Origin: a candidate division WOR-3 bacterium
GTDB lineage: Bacteria > Hydrothermota > Tepidihabitantia > Tepidihabitantales > Tepidihabitantaceae
Length of the DNA stretch: 63,326 nt
Direction of reading: 5' to 3'
NCBI GenBank assembly: GCA_026397595.1
Contig: JAPLUO010000214.1
Location: 1 to 63,326 of the forward strand
The position numbers were made by a program, and so were the translations under genes. Every line of letters starts with the position of its first letter. The first letter of the stretch is position 1. The notes beneath the pieces are model-generated. The model was given only the letters and a program-made list of their open reading frames with translations. It did no database searches and was not told where the DNA came from. This document shows positions 62,851 through 63,326 of this stretch, one piece after another.

Positions 62851-63210
62851 CTAGGACCTCGACTTTGCGGTGACGACCGACTTGACTACAATCCGAATGA
62901 GCTCGTCCGCCTCGACCAGCGGGGCAGTCAGCAAGTCCGCAGGCATCAGCTTCGTTCGACGGAGCAGCTTCAGCCAGTACTCAGCCTCGCGCAACTCCTT
63001 CAGGACGACCTGTAGCTTGTGTACGAAATCGGCCCGGCTCTCTGCGCCACGTGCCTCCTGGAAGTTCGCACCGGCAGAGGCGCTTGCCCGCACCAGTTGC
63101 CCGACCAGATGCCTGCCGGTCGGCGAACGCTGCAGACGCACGGTCAGCGCTATCACGTCGGCCGCAAAGTCCAGCAGCCTGTCCCCAAGGTCCTTCTGAC
63201 AATTCTGCAT
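62851..63210 (-). CDS. four-helix-bundle protein (23S rRNA intervening-sequence protein family, TIGR02436-like)
   Basis: ...LVRASASAGANFQEARGAESRADFVHKLQVVLKELREAEYWLKLL.... Confidence 0.85.
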   Translation of the reverse strand: MQNCQKDLGDRLLDFAADVIALTVRLQRSPTGRHLVGQLVRASASAGANFQEARGAESRADFVHKLQVVLKELREAEYWLKLLRRTKLMPADLLTAPLVEADELIRIVVKSVVTAKSRS

Positions 63211-63326
63211 TCTAGTCTCTGAATTCTGACTTCTGAATTCTCCGTGTCAACCCGCCAGCCTGCGTCCGAGTTCCTTCCGGTAGTTCTGCATTCTAGTCTC
63301 TGAATTCTGACTTCTGAATTCTCCGT
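63203..63326. repeat. two identical 43-bp direct repeats (63203-63245 and 63284-63326) separated by 38 bp
   Basis: ttctgcattctagtctctgaattctgacttctgaattctccgt occurs twice. Each copy carries an ATG on the minus strand (MQNCQKD... intact; MQNYRKELGRRLAG* truncated). Confidence 0.85.

Noticed and set aside
63203-63326. Possible start of a CRISPR array (43-bp repeat, 38-bp spacer, 43-bp repeat at the window edge)
   Set aside because: Only two copies are visible. Each repeat carries the leader and ATG of a four-helix-bundle gene (one intact, one truncated paralog), so this is a tandem duplication of a gene 5' end. No cas genes are in the window. It cannot be fully excluded without sequence beyond 63326.

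Overview
GC-rich contig from an uncultured anaerobic bacterium. Three proteins carry T9SS-type C-terminal sorting domains, which suggests the FCB/WOR-3/TA06 neighbourhood; this placement is a guess. All calls are made by eye from the ORF translations; no searches were run. Layout: (i) 1-15.2 kb holds co-oriented + strand genes with an accessory look: two toxin-antitoxin pairs, remnants of a type IIG restriction-modification (RM)/N6-methylase gene, nucleoside hydrolase, pyrF, a WGR protein, NUDIX, a methyltransferase, two M16 peptidases, a lipoprotein, a T9SS cargo protein, an iron-sulfur flavoprotein and a VIT-like protein. (ii) 15-41 kb holds copA with three YHS/TRASH domains, tRNA-Ser(GGA), an L,D-transpeptidase/M15 operon, three large beta-propeller surface proteins, nikR plus a metal ABC importer, pckA, ppdK, a PKD/PQQ protein, a serpin and a two-component pair. 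(iii) 41.7-57.3 kb is an 11-gene minus-strand redox supercluster: tandem HdrA, FlxDCBA-like genes, HdrC-like, FrhB-like, a 1554-aa HdrL-like fusion and MvhDGA [NiFe] hydrogenase. It is followed by selA, mcsB, mcsA, lolD, lolC/E and a four-helix-bundle (23S IVS-type) gene. Main leads: (1) an in-frame TGA in a thioredoxin-like UxxC motif of a secreted T9SS protein, a candidate selenoprotein with selA in the same window. (2) A dispersed repeat family derived from the 3' tail of the RM gene sits right after the stop codon of successive genes, giving a cassette-like architecture. (3) Low-complexity 'word' and palindromic elements are scattered through intergenic DNA and inserted in frame into copA, hdrA/hdrL, flxB-like, mvhD, selA and lolD. 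Some show terminal inverted repeats or duplication-like flanks. (4) A selA 3' fragment is duplicated 17 kb from selA. (5) The Hdr/Flx/Mvh supercluster has no HdrB.
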